Source of the DNA: Promethearchaeia archaeon
GTDB taxonomy: Archaea > Asgardarchaeota > Lokiarchaeia > Sigyniarchaeales > SOKP01
NCBI GenBank assembly: GCA_029856235.1
Contig: JAHQWP010000221.1
Span: forward strand, 3,507 to 67,506
Length of the DNA: 64,000 nt
Reading direction: 5' to 3'
A program made the translations under genes and the position numbers. The first letter of the stretch is position 1; every line of letters begins with the position of its first letter. This document shows, one piece after another, positions 49,179 through 59,469 of the stretch. Below the pieces are notes generated by a model, which had not been told where the DNA came from, did not search any database, and saw only the letters and a program-made list of their open reading frames with translations.

Positions 49179-50006
49179 ATGAAGATAGAAGATTTTCAAG
49201 ATATAATTTATAATAAGGAAGAAAATGGTATATGTACAATCACATTTAATAGACCAGAAAGAAGAAACGCACTATCGCAAGTCACCTTTTTAGAAATACA
49301 AACAGTTTTAGATGATATGGAAAAGGATAAAAATACTCGTGTTTTAATCATGACTGGCTCTCCGGAGGGTAGAGCTTTTTCCTCGGGAGGGTATTTTAAC
49401 ATGAAAATGATGACACAAATTCCTGAAGAAATATTAAAGGAAATTGATTTGATGGATATCGCTCAAAAAAAAACTTGTATGAAATTTTGGAACTTTAAAA
49501 AGCCTGTGATTGCAGCTATAAATGGGTTGGCTTTAGGGGCAGGCTTTACAATGCCCCTGGTGGGTGCTGATTTAATCTATATGGCTGATGATCCTGAAAC
49601 TTATATAGGATTAATATTTGTTAAACGCGCAATTATACCTGAGTTTAGCCTTTCTTTCTTACTTCCATTTTACGTTGGATTCCAGAAAGCAAAGGAGATA
49701 TTATATTTTGGAGATAAAATCTATGCTAAAGAAGCTGAAAAATTAGGTTTGATTAATAAAGCAGTACGAACTGAAGATTTAATGGGCATTGCAAGAGAAA
49801 AAGCAGAAAGTCTGATCCCGCCAAAAGGACCAAGTGCTGCTATAAAGCTAATGAAAAAAACTATGCACGATTACTTTAGAGACATATTATCTAGCACTTT
49901 AGATAAAGAAAATGAAGCTATTCAAGCGGCATTAAAAACTCGCGATTTCAGGGAATCTACCAAGTCGTTAAGTGAAAAAAGAGATCCAATTTTTAAAGGA
50001 AAATGA
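49179..50006 (+). CDS. Crotonase-family protein
   Basis: FNRPERRNA, FSSGG, KPVIAAINGLALGAG, PIFKGK. Confidence 0.88.
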   Translation: MKIEDFQDIIYNKEENGICTITFNRPERRNALSQVTFLEIQTVLDDMEKDKNTRVLIMTGSPEGRAFSSGGYFNMKMMTQIPEEILKEIDLMDIAQKKTCMKFWNFKKPVIAAINGLALGAGFTMPLVGADLIYMADDPETYIGLIFVKRAIIPEFSLSFLLPFYVGFQKAKEILYFGDKIYAKEAEKLGLINKAVRTEDLMGIAREKAESLIPPKGPSAAIKLMKKTMHDYFRDILSSTLDKENEAIQAALKTRDFRESTKSLSEKRDPIFKGK

Positions 50007-50049
50007 ATGAATTTTATATAATAGCAAATTAAGGATAATTCTACATATT

Positions 50050-51570
50050 ATGTTGAAACAGAATATTGGATTTGATAACGAAAAATATCTCAGAGAACAA
50101 TCTAAAAGCATCCTAGATCGAGCAGATCAATTTGGGAATAAATTATATCTTGAATTTGGCGGAAAACTTGTATATGATTATCATGCTTCACGAGTTCTTC
50201 CGGGATTTGATCCAAAAGTAAAAATGAACCTTTTAAAGGTGCTCAAAGATAAAATTGAGGTTATCGTTTGCATATACTCCGGAGATATAGAAAGAAGGAA
50301 AATTAGGGCAGACTTTGGAATAACTTATGACATTAATGCATTGAAATTAATCGATGATCTTCGAGATGGAGAAATCGATGTAAGCGGAGTGGTTGTCACG
50401 CGCTACAACGGACAACAAGTAGTAAAACAATTTATGAATAAGCTAGAGCGTCGTAACATTAAAGTTTATACCCATGGTTTAATTAAGGGATATCCGACTA
50501 ATATTGATTTAATTATAAGTGAAGAAGGGTACGGTGCAAATCCTTACATCGAAACTTCAAAACCTATCATAATTGTTACTGCCCCCGGTCCTGGTAGCGG
50601 AAAACTGGCAACATGTCTCTCGCAAATTTATCACGAGCATATAAAGGGAATCGATGCGGGTTATGCCAAATTTGAGACCTTTCCAATTTGGAATTTGCCA
50701 TTGAAACATCCCGTAAATATGGCGTACGAATCTGCCACTGCTGATCTTGGCGATTTCAATCAAGTAGATCCTTTTCATCTTGAAGCCTATAATATAACGG
50801 CAGTTAGCTATAACAGAGATGTAGAGATTTTTCCAGTGGTTAAGAAAATAATGCAAAGAATTATGGATAGTCGATTAGTCTATAAATCACCTACAGATAT
50901 GGGTGTAAATAAAGCAGGTTTTGCTATAATCCATGATGATCTGGTGCAACAAGCCTCAAAACAGGAACTTATCAGAAGATATTTGCGTTATAGTTGTGAA
51001 TATGCGATGGGAGGTTCAAGTAAGAAGACTGTTCAAAGAGCGGAATTGTTGATGAAAGAATTGAATCTCAATGTACTTGATCGGAAAGTAGTAAATGAGG
51101 CTCGAAAGGCTTCTAAAGCTGCCGAAAAAAAAGGGAAAGGAAACGAAGGTGTATTTGCTGGAGCTGCATTACAATTGGCTAATGGAAAGATTATAACTGG
51201 TAGTAATTCACCGTTGATGCATGCAGCTTCAAGTTTAATCTTAAATACAATTAAAGAATTGGCAGGTATTCCTGATAATATACACCTTTTATCTCCTAAT
51301 ATTTTAGAGTCTATTAGTTATCTAAAATCGGAAATTTTCAATAATAAACGACTAAGTCTCAATCTTGAAGAAACTCTAATAGCTTTAAGCATCAGTGCTG
51401 ATTTCAACCATTCTGCTAAGGTAGCTATAGAAAAGCTTAAGGAGTTAAGTGGATGTGAAATGCACTCAACTCATATACCCACTCCGGGAGATGAAGCTGG
51501 TTTGAGACGATTAGGTCTTAATATAACCTCGGATCCAAACTTTTCTTCGAAAAGTCTATTTATAACATAA
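50050..51570 (+). CDS. DUF1846 (UPF0371) P-loop protein
   Basis: KLYLEFGGKL..DYHASRVLPGF, TAPGPGSGKLATCLSQ, YAKFETFPIWN, SPTDMGVN. Confidence 0.9.
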   Translation: MLKQNIGFDNEKYLREQSKSILDRADQFGNKLYLEFGGKLVYDYHASRVLPGFDPKVKMNLLKVLKDKIEVIVCIYSGDIERRKIRADFGITYDINALKLIDDLRDGEIDVSGVVVTRYNGQQVVKQFMNKLERRNIKVYTHGLIKGYPTNIDLIISEEGYGANPYIETSKPIIIVTAPGPGSGKLATCLSQIYHEHIKGIDAGYAKFETFPIWNLPLKHPVNMAYESATADLGDFNQVDPFHLEAYNITAVSYNRDVEIFPVVKKIMQRIMDSRLVYKSPTDMGVNKAGFAIIHDDLVQQASKQELIRRYLRYSCEYAMGGSSKKTVQRAELLMKELNLNVLDRKVVNEARKASKAAEKKGKGNEGVFAGAALQLANGKIITGSNSPLMHAASSLILNTIKELAGIPDNIHLLSPNILESISYLKSEIFNNKRLSLNLEETLIALSISADFNHSAKVAIEKLKELSGCEMHSTHIPTPGDEAGLRRLGLNITSDPNFSSKSLFIT

Positions 51571-51693
51571 CAATTATTCGTCCATAATTGGTTTTAGGAT
51601 TAACTCGAAATTCTTATTAAATGTGATTGATATTTAATATTTTTATAGAAAAATTTAATAATTTTTAACATAATCAGAGAAGTGTAGATTAAA

Positions 51694-53394
51694 TTGACAG
51701 ATTCAACTAATGGTAATACACGATTTATATTCGTTACGGGAGGTGTGATGTCTGCTGTAGGAAAAGGCGTAGCTACAGCAAGTTTGGGAAAAATACTCCA
51801 ATTCCGAGGTTTCAACATTTCTGTCGTTAAAATTGATCCATACCTCAATGTCGATCCCGGAACCCTTAATCCAATAGAACACGGAGAATGCTTTATAACC
51901 GAAGATGTATGGAACTTTACGCCTGTTCATGACTCAGACGAAAGATCGTACAGAATTTCTGAAATTGATCAAGATTTTGGAACATATTCAAGATTCCTTG
52001 GAATTGAGATGCATCCTTCCCATAATATAACTTCTGGTCAAATATATCTTTCTACAATTTTAAGCGAAAGAAAGGGGAAATTTCTAGGGAAAACGGTACA
52101 AATAATTCCTCATGTAACTAATATAATAAAAGAAAGGTTAATGGAAATATCCAAAAAAGAAAATTTAGATGTGCTTTTAATCGAATGTGGCGGAACTGTA
52201 GGAGACTTAGAATCTAGTATTTTCCTAGAAGCTTTTCGTCAAATAAAACTAGAATTCCCTAATCGAACAGCTCTGGTTCATGTTACACTTGTCCCCTATT
52301 CCCGTGCAGTTGGCCAACAAAAGTCCAAACCAACTCAACATTCTGTTAAAACGCTTCAAAGTATGGGATTACAGCCCGATATAATAATAGGAAGAAGTGA
52401 AAAACCTCTCACAGACGATATTAGATCTAAAATATCACTTTATTCCAATATTCCAGAAGCTGCAGTAATTTCTAATCCCGATTTAGACATAGTTTATGAA
52501 CTCCCTATCCTATTTGAAGAGCAAGGATTAGGAGATTTTCTCTGTGAACTAATAGATTTAAAAGCTAAACTGGTATCTTATAGCGAAGTTAATAATTATT
52601 CAGAGTGGCTAAAAATGGTTGAGATGTATAAGAAAGCTAATAAAATCGTAAAAATTGCCATGCCCGGAAAGTATTTCAACATCTCCGATTCATATATCTC
52701 TATAAATGACGCTTTAGAGCACGCAGCAGCTCATCAAGGCTATAAAACGGAATTAAAAATGATTAACATAACGGAAGAAACTGACATTTCAGAAGAATTA
52801 AAAGATTGTGATGGTATATTATTAACTCCGGGATTTGGGAAGCGAGCAGTGGAAGGAATGATAAAGTCTGCTGAATACGCAATGGAAAATAAACTTCCTT
52901 TCCTTGGGATCTGCTTTGGAGCGCAATTATTTTTTGCAGCCTTCTGTAGAAAGTATTTGGGAATGAAAGATGCAAACTCTTCAGAAATTAACCCAGATAC
53001 GCCTTTCCCAGTAGTAGATCTCTTAAAAAGTCAAAAAGATGTTACTGAAAAAGGTGGAACGATGCGTTTAGGTGCTCAAAAAATAATATTAAAAGAAAAC
53101 ACCAAACTTTACGAAGCTTATAAGCAAAAAGAAATTTTCGAGAGATTTAGACACAGGTATCATATTCAAGAAAGATTTATAGACGAAAAAGCAAAAAAAT
53201 ATGGATTAATCATTTCAAGCAGAGATGAAACTGGCGAAATAATTAATAGTATCGAGTTAGACAGAGAAGATCATTGGATGATAGGAACGCAATTTCATCC
53301 GGAATTCAAATCTAGACCCTATGCGCCTTCAAAGGTTTATTACGATTTTATAAACGAATGTGTTAGATATAAGAATAAAAGAAATGGAATTTAG
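51694..53394 (+). CDS. pyrG: CTP synthase
   Basis: FVTGGVMS..GKG, KIDPYLNVDPGT, GGTVGD, KPTQHSV, GICFG, QFHPEFKSRP. Confidence 0.96.
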   Translation: MTDSTNGNTRFIFVTGGVMSAVGKGVATASLGKILQFRGFNISVVKIDPYLNVDPGTLNPIEHGECFITEDVWNFTPVHDSDERSYRISEIDQDFGTYSRFLGIEMHPSHNITSGQIYLSTILSERKGKFLGKTVQIIPHVTNIIKERLMEISKKENLDVLLIECGGTVGDLESSIFLEAFRQIKLEFPNRTALVHVTLVPYSRAVGQQKSKPTQHSVKTLQSMGLQPDIIIGRSEKPLTDDIRSKISLYSNIPEAAVISNPDLDIVYELPILFEEQGLGDFLCELIDLKAKLVSYSEVNNYSEWLKMVEMYKKANKIVKIAMPGKYFNISDSYISINDALEHAAAHQGYKTELKMINITEETDISEELKDCDGILLTPGFGKRAVEGMIKSAEYAMENKLPFLGICFGAQLFFAAFCRKYLGMKDANSSEINPDTPFPVVDLLKSQKDVTEKGGTMRLGAQKIILKENTKLYEAYKQKEIFERFRHRYHIQERFIDEKAKKYGLIISSRDETGEIINSIELDREDHWMIGTQFHPEFKSRPYAPSKVYYDFINECVRYKNKRNGI

Positions 53395-53597
53395 TCTCGA
53401 ATAGCTAAAACAGTCAAATCTTCCAAGCTTTTCATGCCTCTTGATTCCGTTTTGTTATAAGTTATATATTCATTCACACCTAATTCTACTTGTCCAGAAT
53501 CTGTAGGAAATACATCCCTTCCTTTTAAAACTAAGAAGACTACGGGATGTGATCCGTGATGAGGTTCGATTTCTAAACCTTCTTTTAAAGATATCAC
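53391..53597 (-). pseudogene. N-terminally truncated cupin-domain fragment
   Basis: LKEGLEIEPH...FLVLKG...ELG...RGMKSLEDL; in-frame stop two codons upstream; overlaps the abfD and pyrG stops. Confidence 0.5.
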
Positions 53598-55042
53598 GAA
53601 TCAATTTCAAGAATTTTTTTTACAAGTTTCTTCTTCTCGTCTAGGTTTGCTTGTCGAGAGATCATAATTCTTTGAGCTTGAGGAGATCCAGCACCATGCA
53701 TAGATTCCGTTCTATAGCTTACAGAAGCAACTCCCATAGTTAGATTTTCAATAAATCGAAGCACTTTATATCTATCTTCAGCACAAATTCCTTCACATGT
53801 TGTCAAATATTTCTCGATAAAAGCTCCAATTTCCTTCGATTTGAGATCTGCTTCAGAGGGCATGGTACATATCATTCCTCCAGCAATATCTTCAGCTAAT
53901 CTCCCAATCTCGTATGGAAAGCGCGTAACATTCTGTTTACATACATTTGCTAATAACATGTCCATTTCGTAATTTCCTGATTCTCTTTGAAAACCTAGCG
54001 AGCTACATGCTATACCACAGCTATAGAGCGTTTCGTTGAGATGAATCATTTCAACTAGCTTATCTTTTATATGAGATGCTTTTTCTGTTCCATTGTATTC
54101 AGAGATTAGGGCTGTCGCACCAATTAGCACATCTCCTACTCCAACTTTACATCCTCCATAGGATTGTCTATGAAAACCAGCAAAACGATTGACTAATTCC
54201 CCTGAAAACTCAATTTCACCGTTCATGAAAATATTCTCATTTGGGACAAAGACATTGTCAAAAACCACGAAAATTTCTTGACCCCCAAATTTAAAATTAC
54301 CAATATCTAACTCACCGGGTTCTAGTTTTCTTGTATCGCAAGATTGTCTACCGTATATCATAGTTATCCCTTTCTCGTTAGTATCAATTCCAAAGCTTAC
54401 TGCGTATTCTTCTTCTCCGGGTCTCAAATTTAGAGTAGGCATAATAATCGCTCGGTGGGAATTTAAAAATCCTGTTTGATGTACTTTAGCCCCTCGAACG
54501 ATTATTCCATCATCAGAAGTCTCAACTACATGTAAGTATGCATCGGGATCTGGTTGATCCTTTGGTCTTTTACTTCTATCTCCTTTCGTGTCTGTCATAG
54601 CGCCATCAACCATGAGATCCTCCCTTTGAACTTCTATCCAGTACTTTTTAAATCGTGCATGGTAATCCGTGTTATACTTTTTATCCATTTCATAGGTTAC
54701 GCTATATAAGGAATTTGCTGTGTCAAATCCCACACACCTTTGGAAGCAACAGGCCGTATGTTGCCCTAGTAATCGCTGCATTTTAACTTTCTTTATTAAA
54801 TCTTCAGTCGATTGGTGGATATGGGTAAATCGATTTATTATTTCACCAGTTAGATGAGAAGTTGTTGTCATCAAATCTTTATACTCGTCTATTTGGGCTA
54901 ATTCATAGATTTTCATGACGGTATTTATCGAAGGTTTGATGATTGGATGATTCCAAAATTCTTTAACCTTTTCACCAAACATGTACAGATTAACTGGTCG
55001 TTGGATGCTCTTTAAATACTCTTGCGGTGTTTTTAAGGTCAT
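53594..55042 (-). CDS. abfD: 4-hydroxybutyryl-CoA dehydratase (FAD/4Fe-4S)
   Basis: CFQRCVG, AMTDTKGDRS, GAKVHQTG, HRQSYGGCK, ESMHGAGSPQAQ. Confidence 0.92.
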   Translation of the reverse strand: MTLKTPQEYLKSIQRPVNLYMFGEKVKEFWNHPIIKPSINTVMKIYELAQIDEYKDLMTTTSHLTGEIINRFTHIHQSTEDLIKKVKMQRLLGQHTACCFQRCVGFDTANSLYSVTYEMDKKYNTDYHARFKKYWIEVQREDLMVDGAMTDTKGDRSKRPKDQPDPDAYLHVVETSDDGIIVRGAKVHQTGFLNSHRAIIMPTLNLRPGEEEYAVSFGIDTNEKGITMIYGRQSCDTRKLEPGELDIGNFKFGGQEIFVVFDNVFVPNENIFMNGEIEFSGELVNRFAGFHRQSYGGCKVGVGDVLIGATALISEYNGTEKASHIKDKLVEMIHLNETLYSCGIACSSLGFQRESGNYEMDMLLANVCKQNVTRFPYEIGRLAEDIAGGMICTMPSEADLKSKEIGAFIEKYLTTCEGICAEDRYKVLRFIENLTMGVASVSYRTESMHGAGSPQAQRIMISRQANLDEKKKLVKKILEIDS

Positions 55043-55180
55043 TTTATTCAATTTTTCTCTTGTTATTATAATTAGTTAATTTTACTTAATTATTAAAAAT
55101 GATTCTAATATTTGTTAATTCTTTTATCAACCGAGTGAAATTGGTATAGATTAAACTTAAAATGGATTCTTTTTAAGGAC

Positions 55181-55840
55181 TCAATTAGTTTTTTTTCCTA
55201 CTGGGCAAGATTCAATGCATTTATTACACCAAATCACAGTTTTTTCTGAAATATATTTCAAATTTGCTAAACAATAATTGTGGCATAAATCTTTATTATA
55301 CTTTCCTCCTTCTAAAGCCCCCGCAGGGCAAGATTCAACACAAAGGTTACAATTTCTGCAATATTCACTCTCATGAATAGGGGTGCCATAAGATAGTTCT
55401 GCATTCGTTACCAATGACCTTAACCTTACTTGAGATCCATAAGTTTTTGTGATAAGGAGATTATTTTTTCCAATAGGCCCTATTCCAGCTAGCGCAGCAG
55501 CATCTTTTAAAAAAAGACCTGGCTCATAAGTTATAATTTTTAATTTGAACCCTTTTTTGGTTAAAAAATTCTTTATTCGATGGCATTGATTTAGTAATAT
55601 TAAATCAGCAAAATGATAGCTTGTTCCTTTATTTTCGTCTCTATTCCAAGCATCTAAGCTAATATCATATAAATGAAACCCAATTACAATAACAGTTTTA
55701 GAATTGCTAAGAAAAGAATTAGGTCTATGTTTTTTACTAAAATTATCGAATTTAGTCGCATCAGAAAATCCAACAATATCTACAGCTATTTTCCTGCAAT
55801 ATCCAATAAGTTCTTCTGTTAGATTATTAATCAGTTCCAT
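55181..55840 (-). CDS. QueG/reductive-dehalogenase-like Fe-S protein
   Basis: IVGF, SKTVIVIG, AAALAGIG.IGKNNLLI, YGSQVRL, CRNCNLCVESCP, WCNKCIESCP. Confidence 0.78.
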   Translation of the reverse strand: MELINNLTEELIGYCRKIAVDIVGFSDATKFDNFSKKHRPNSFLSNSKTVIVIGFHLYDISLDAWNRDENKGTSYHFADLILLNQCHRIKNFLTKKGFKLKIITYEPGLFLKDAAALAGIGPIGKNNLLITKTYGSQVRLRSLVTNAELSYGTPIHESEYCRNCNLCVESCPAGALEGGKYNKDLCHNYCLANLKYISEKTVIWCNKCIESCPVGKKTN

Positions 55841-55871
55841 CGTTCTGAGCAACTATTTCTCTAGTTTCAAC

Positions 55872-56663
55872 TCACTTACCAATAAACTCTGGTTCTTTTT
55901 TATCGTTAATAGCAAACACGCCAATCTTGAAATCTTGTGTTTCTGCTGATTTAATCTGCATCTGTCGTTCGTTTTCAAGGTGATCTACCAATGATCCGCT
56001 TAAAGCGTCAAAAAATAATTTTTTCGTACGCGCATATGTTAGCGTTGGTCCACTGGCAAGTTTTGATGCCATCTCATTGGCTCGTTCTAGTAATCGTTCC
56101 GGATCAACGACTTCATTTACAAGGCCTAGTTTAAACATATCTTCTGCAGTATACGTTTCACCAAAAAACGCCATCTCAGTTGCTTGTTGCCACGTTAACT
56201 GACGGCTAAGCAGTATAGTTCCGGCAAATCCTGGAATTAACGCAAGTTTACTAAACGATTGTCTAAATTTTGCTTTACTTGATGCCACGATTAAATCGCA
56301 AGAGAGCGCAAGGTTCATTCCCGCTCCTATGGCCCACCCATTTACCGCCGCTACTATGGGTTTTGGATATTGGCGTAATATAAGTGCAATCTTATATAAA
56401 TTTTTTAATAAATCGTCCATAACCTCGCCTGGTTTCCCCATTTCTATGCTTTCTTTGAAAGCTTTTATATCTCCACCTGCAGAGAAAGCCTTTCCAGCTC
56501 CAGTAATCATCAAGCATCTTACAACTTCATTGTTCCGAAGCTGCTCTAAAATGTCAAGCAATTCTTTAGCCATTTCTTGATTTAAAGGGTTGTAATTATC
56601 TTCATCATTGAGAACAATTTTTGCAACTTTGTCGTCAATATGCAATTTTATTTTAGCATCCAT
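55872..56663 (-). CDS. Crotonase-family protein (PaaG-like)
   Basis: GKAFSAGGD, PIVAAVNGWAIGAGMNLALSCD, PEFIGK. Confidence 0.88.
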   Translation of the reverse strand: MDAKIKLHIDDKVAKIVLNDEDNYNPLNQEMAKELLDILEQLRNNEVVRCLMITGAGKAFSAGGDIKAFKESIEMGKPGEVMDDLLKNLYKIALILRQYPKPIVAAVNGWAIGAGMNLALSCDLIVASSKAKFRQSFSKLALIPGFAGTILLSRQLTWQQATEMAFFGETYTAEDMFKLGLVNEVVDPERLLERANEMASKLASGPTLTYARTKKLFFDALSGSLVDHLENERQMQIKSAETQDFKIGVFAINDKKEPEFIGK

Positions 56664-56675
56664 TTAATTTCCCCT

Positions 56676-57893
56676 TTATTTACCCCACATCCGGACCATT
56701 TCTCTTGTAATGAGATATCTCATAATTTCTGATGTTCCCGCCGATATTTGTCCAATTTTAGCATCTCTGTAATAGCGTTCTAATGGATACTCTTCTGAAT
56801 ATCCTAAACCACCAACAATCTGAATCGCTTCTTGAGTGATTTTGACCGTAGCGTCAGCGATTCTGGTTTTTAATGCTGCAACTGTAGGTCTACAGTAGTG
56901 CCCATTATCAAGCATCCTCGCAATTTCTACCGAAGCGATACGACTTAATTCTATATCCATGTACATTTCAGCAAGTTTAAAACTAATACCCTGAAAATTG
57001 TAAAGAGTTTTTCTAAATTGTTCACGCTTATGTGAATATCGGTAAGCAATTTCAAACGCGCTTCTTGCTAATCCAACGTATTGAGATGCAGTAAAAGTAC
57101 GTTCACCATCTAACCCAAAAAGTAGTACCTCAAGACCTTCATTTTCTCTGTGAAGCATATTTTTTGCAGGGACTTTGCAATCGATAAACTTTAAATGAGA
57201 ATTAGGCATTCCTCTCCTACCCATATGTTTAAAATCCTTAACTACTTCGAATCCGGGAGTATCTGTTTCAAAAATAAACGCCGTCATCCCTTTGTGATGT
57301 CTCACTTGATCGTTAGTAATTGTATATAAACACAAGTAATCTGCTACACTTCCGTTAGTAATAAAGCATTTTTCGCCGTTCAAGATATAATAATCCCCCT
57401 CTCGAACTGCTTTTAACCTCATCCCACCAATGGCATCGGAACCTCCCGTTGGCTCTGTAATAGCAATCGCTCCGATTTTTGTTCCATCTCCAATCCCAGA
57501 TAAATATTGCTTTTTCTGTTCAGATGTACCAAATTCAATCACAGGTCCAGCAAACAAGCAGGAAGAAGCTCCAAAAATACCCGCTAAAGCGTAGCTAAAG
57601 GCAGTTAATTCTTCACCTAAAATCGTGCGATAAAGAATTCCTTTCCCTTGTCCTCCAGCTTCTTTGGGGATTACCATATCGAGATAAGGCATATCTTTTA
57701 AAATTTTTACCGCTAAATTCTTATCTCTATTTCTATCTATTTCTTCTACAAATGGTGCGAGATTTGTTTCGCACCATCTTCGAACTTCCATTCTGAAATC
57801 GTTTTCTTCTTTCGTATAATAATGCAACCTATCTGGCATGCAAGAATACCCGAATTTTAATTCCAGATCATCAAAATTTATGTGTCCCGACAT
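56676..57893 (-). CDS. Acyl-CoA dehydrogenase
   Basis: ITEPTGGSD, LNGEKCFITNG, REQF, GGLGY, ERYYRDAK. Confidence 0.92.
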   Translation of the reverse strand: MSGHINFDDLELKFGYSCMPDRLHYYTKEENDFRMEVRRWCETNLAPFVEEIDRNRDKNLAVKILKDMPYLDMVIPKEAGGQGKGILYRTILGEELTAFSYALAGIFGASSCLFAGPVIEFGTSEQKKQYLSGIGDGTKIGAIAITEPTGGSDAIGGMRLKAVREGDYYILNGEKCFITNGSVADYLCLYTITNDQVRHHKGMTAFIFETDTPGFEVVKDFKHMGRRGMPNSHLKFIDCKVPAKNMLHRENEGLEVLLFGLDGERTFTASQYVGLARSAFEIAYRYSHKREQFRKTLYNFQGISFKLAEMYMDIELSRIASVEIARMLDNGHYCRPTVAALKTRIADATVKITQEAIQIVGGLGYSEEYPLERYYRDAKIGQISAGTSEIMRYLITREMVRMWGK

Positions 57894-58028
57894 GATTCAA
57901 TACCATTCTATTTTTCTTAACTTTTTAGTTTCTTCTTCTAATTTATCAAATTTAACTAAGTAAAAGTAATATTCTTATTAAAATCGTTTTTTTAATTTTG
58001 GATCAAATTATCATTAAAGCTTTAAAGA

Positions 58029-58430
58029 TTATTTATCCAAATAAGTTGTCCATTCTGGCTTTAATATGTAATACTGTTCGATTGCGTCTTTCATGGTTTT
58101 TCTGCAAGCTTCGATTTCCCTGATTGTTGGGGGTTCAATTTGCTTTATATCGTCCGCCACTTTTAAGTCCCATGCTGTGTTTTCTTTCACCTGTTCTATC
58201 GTTATATTTGGATGTAACGCATCCAAATACGCTTCTTTGGTCTCGAGATCAAATCGCATAATGCAAAGCGGTGTAATAATTAATTCCGGACCTGTATCTG
58301 GAGGATATCCTGCTTTTACTCTACTATCATATCCATCTAAGTATCCGGGATCAGTTATAAATTCTAATTTATTTTGGACTACTTCGAAGTTTAATGGAAA
58401 ATCGTTTGTGATTTCTTTGATGTTTATCAC
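58029..58430 (-). pseudogene. C-terminal fragment of a family I CoA-transferase beta subunit (GctB-like)
   Basis: KLEFITDPGYLDG.DSR..G, GP..IIT, RFD.ETKE.YL..LHP.ITIEQVKENT.WDL, PPT; N-terminal catalytic-Glu region absent. Confidence 0.65.
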
Positions 58431-58449
58431 AATATCGAGTGAAATGATG

Positions 58450-59460
58450 TCATTTTATAAAAGATTGGAGCATCTCCTTTAAGACTAAATCTGGTTTAAT
58501 GTTATCAAAAGCATTCCACCATATATATTTATTCTTGAAATCGTCGTCATAATTTTTAGAGTCTATTATGGTTATAATATTTTTTTTAATCAAGGTTGAG
58601 GGATTTAAGATTTTTTTTTCATTTTCTTCTAAGAATTTCAAATTCAGGAGCATACATTCTTGCAAATCGTCGTAAAACAATAAAGGGATGTACTTTTTTA
58701 CGCTACTCTCTAGTATATTCATAGTTGTTGTATCTTTAGGCCAATTATTATTGGAATAATTAATTACTTCAATATCAATTAGTTCAGGATGATATTGAAT
58801 TTCAGTTGCTTTCTTAAGTTTCTTATAAGTGGTAAAGTCTTTTTTTTTATACATTTTCACAGTAGATTGCTCTTGATCAATTTCAGTCAAGATTCTGTTT
58901 TGTTCCATCCTTTTTTTACAGACATCCTCTATGATTCGACAGTATTGGGTTGCAGCACTTACAAGATCCCCTCCATCAACGTAATTTTTAACCATCGTAT
59001 GTAGATATGCTTTTAAAAACGCAGAGAGATCTTCTTCGAGTCTATAAAGATTGCCATAAAGGAATCTCGTTGCTTCCCACCAAGATATCACCTTTTTGCT
59101 TGATAAATGCTTGAATAATTGTTCTGAAGAACGTATTTCGGAGAAGTAAATTAAATTTTTAATGCCACAACGAAGAAAATGAAAAGGATTAATAACAGCG
59201 AGTTGTTCCTCTGAAATTTGAAAAGAAACAACTTCCCTTGGACGAATGATTACCGAGGTCTCTCCGTTAAATACGCGATCGACACGCATAGGAATTGGAA
59301 CAATTGGATTTCTTTCGATTGTTTTTATAAGATGTGATGTATACGGGTTTAGGTATAAAGATGTATCAAAGGGAAAAATTTCAATATAAAAGAAAAACGG
59401 AGCTGCGTCCGATTTATAGGTTTTAAATCTGTATTGAGTTTTTTTGAACAAATATATCAC
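58450..59460 (-). CDS. Hypothetical soluble protein
   Basis: 336-aa ORF directly downstream of the CPBP gene; no motif recognised. Confidence 0.7.
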   Translation of the reverse strand: MIYLFKKTQYRFKTYKSDAAPFFFYIEIFPFDTSLYLNPYTSHLIKTIERNPIVPIPMRVDRVFNGETSVIIRPREVVSFQISEEQLAVINPFHFLRCGIKNLIYFSEIRSSEQLFKHLSSKKVISWWEATRFLYGNLYRLEEDLSAFLKAYLHTMVKNYVDGGDLVSAATQYCRIIEDVCKKRMEQNRILTEIDQEQSTVKMYKKKDFTTYKKLKKATEIQYHPELIDIEVINYSNNNWPKDTTTMNILESSVKKYIPLLFYDDLQECMLLNLKFLEENEKKILNPSTLIKKNIITIIDSKNYDDDFKNKYIWWNAFDNIKPDLVLKEMLQSFIK

Positions 59461-59469
59461 GCTAATTTT

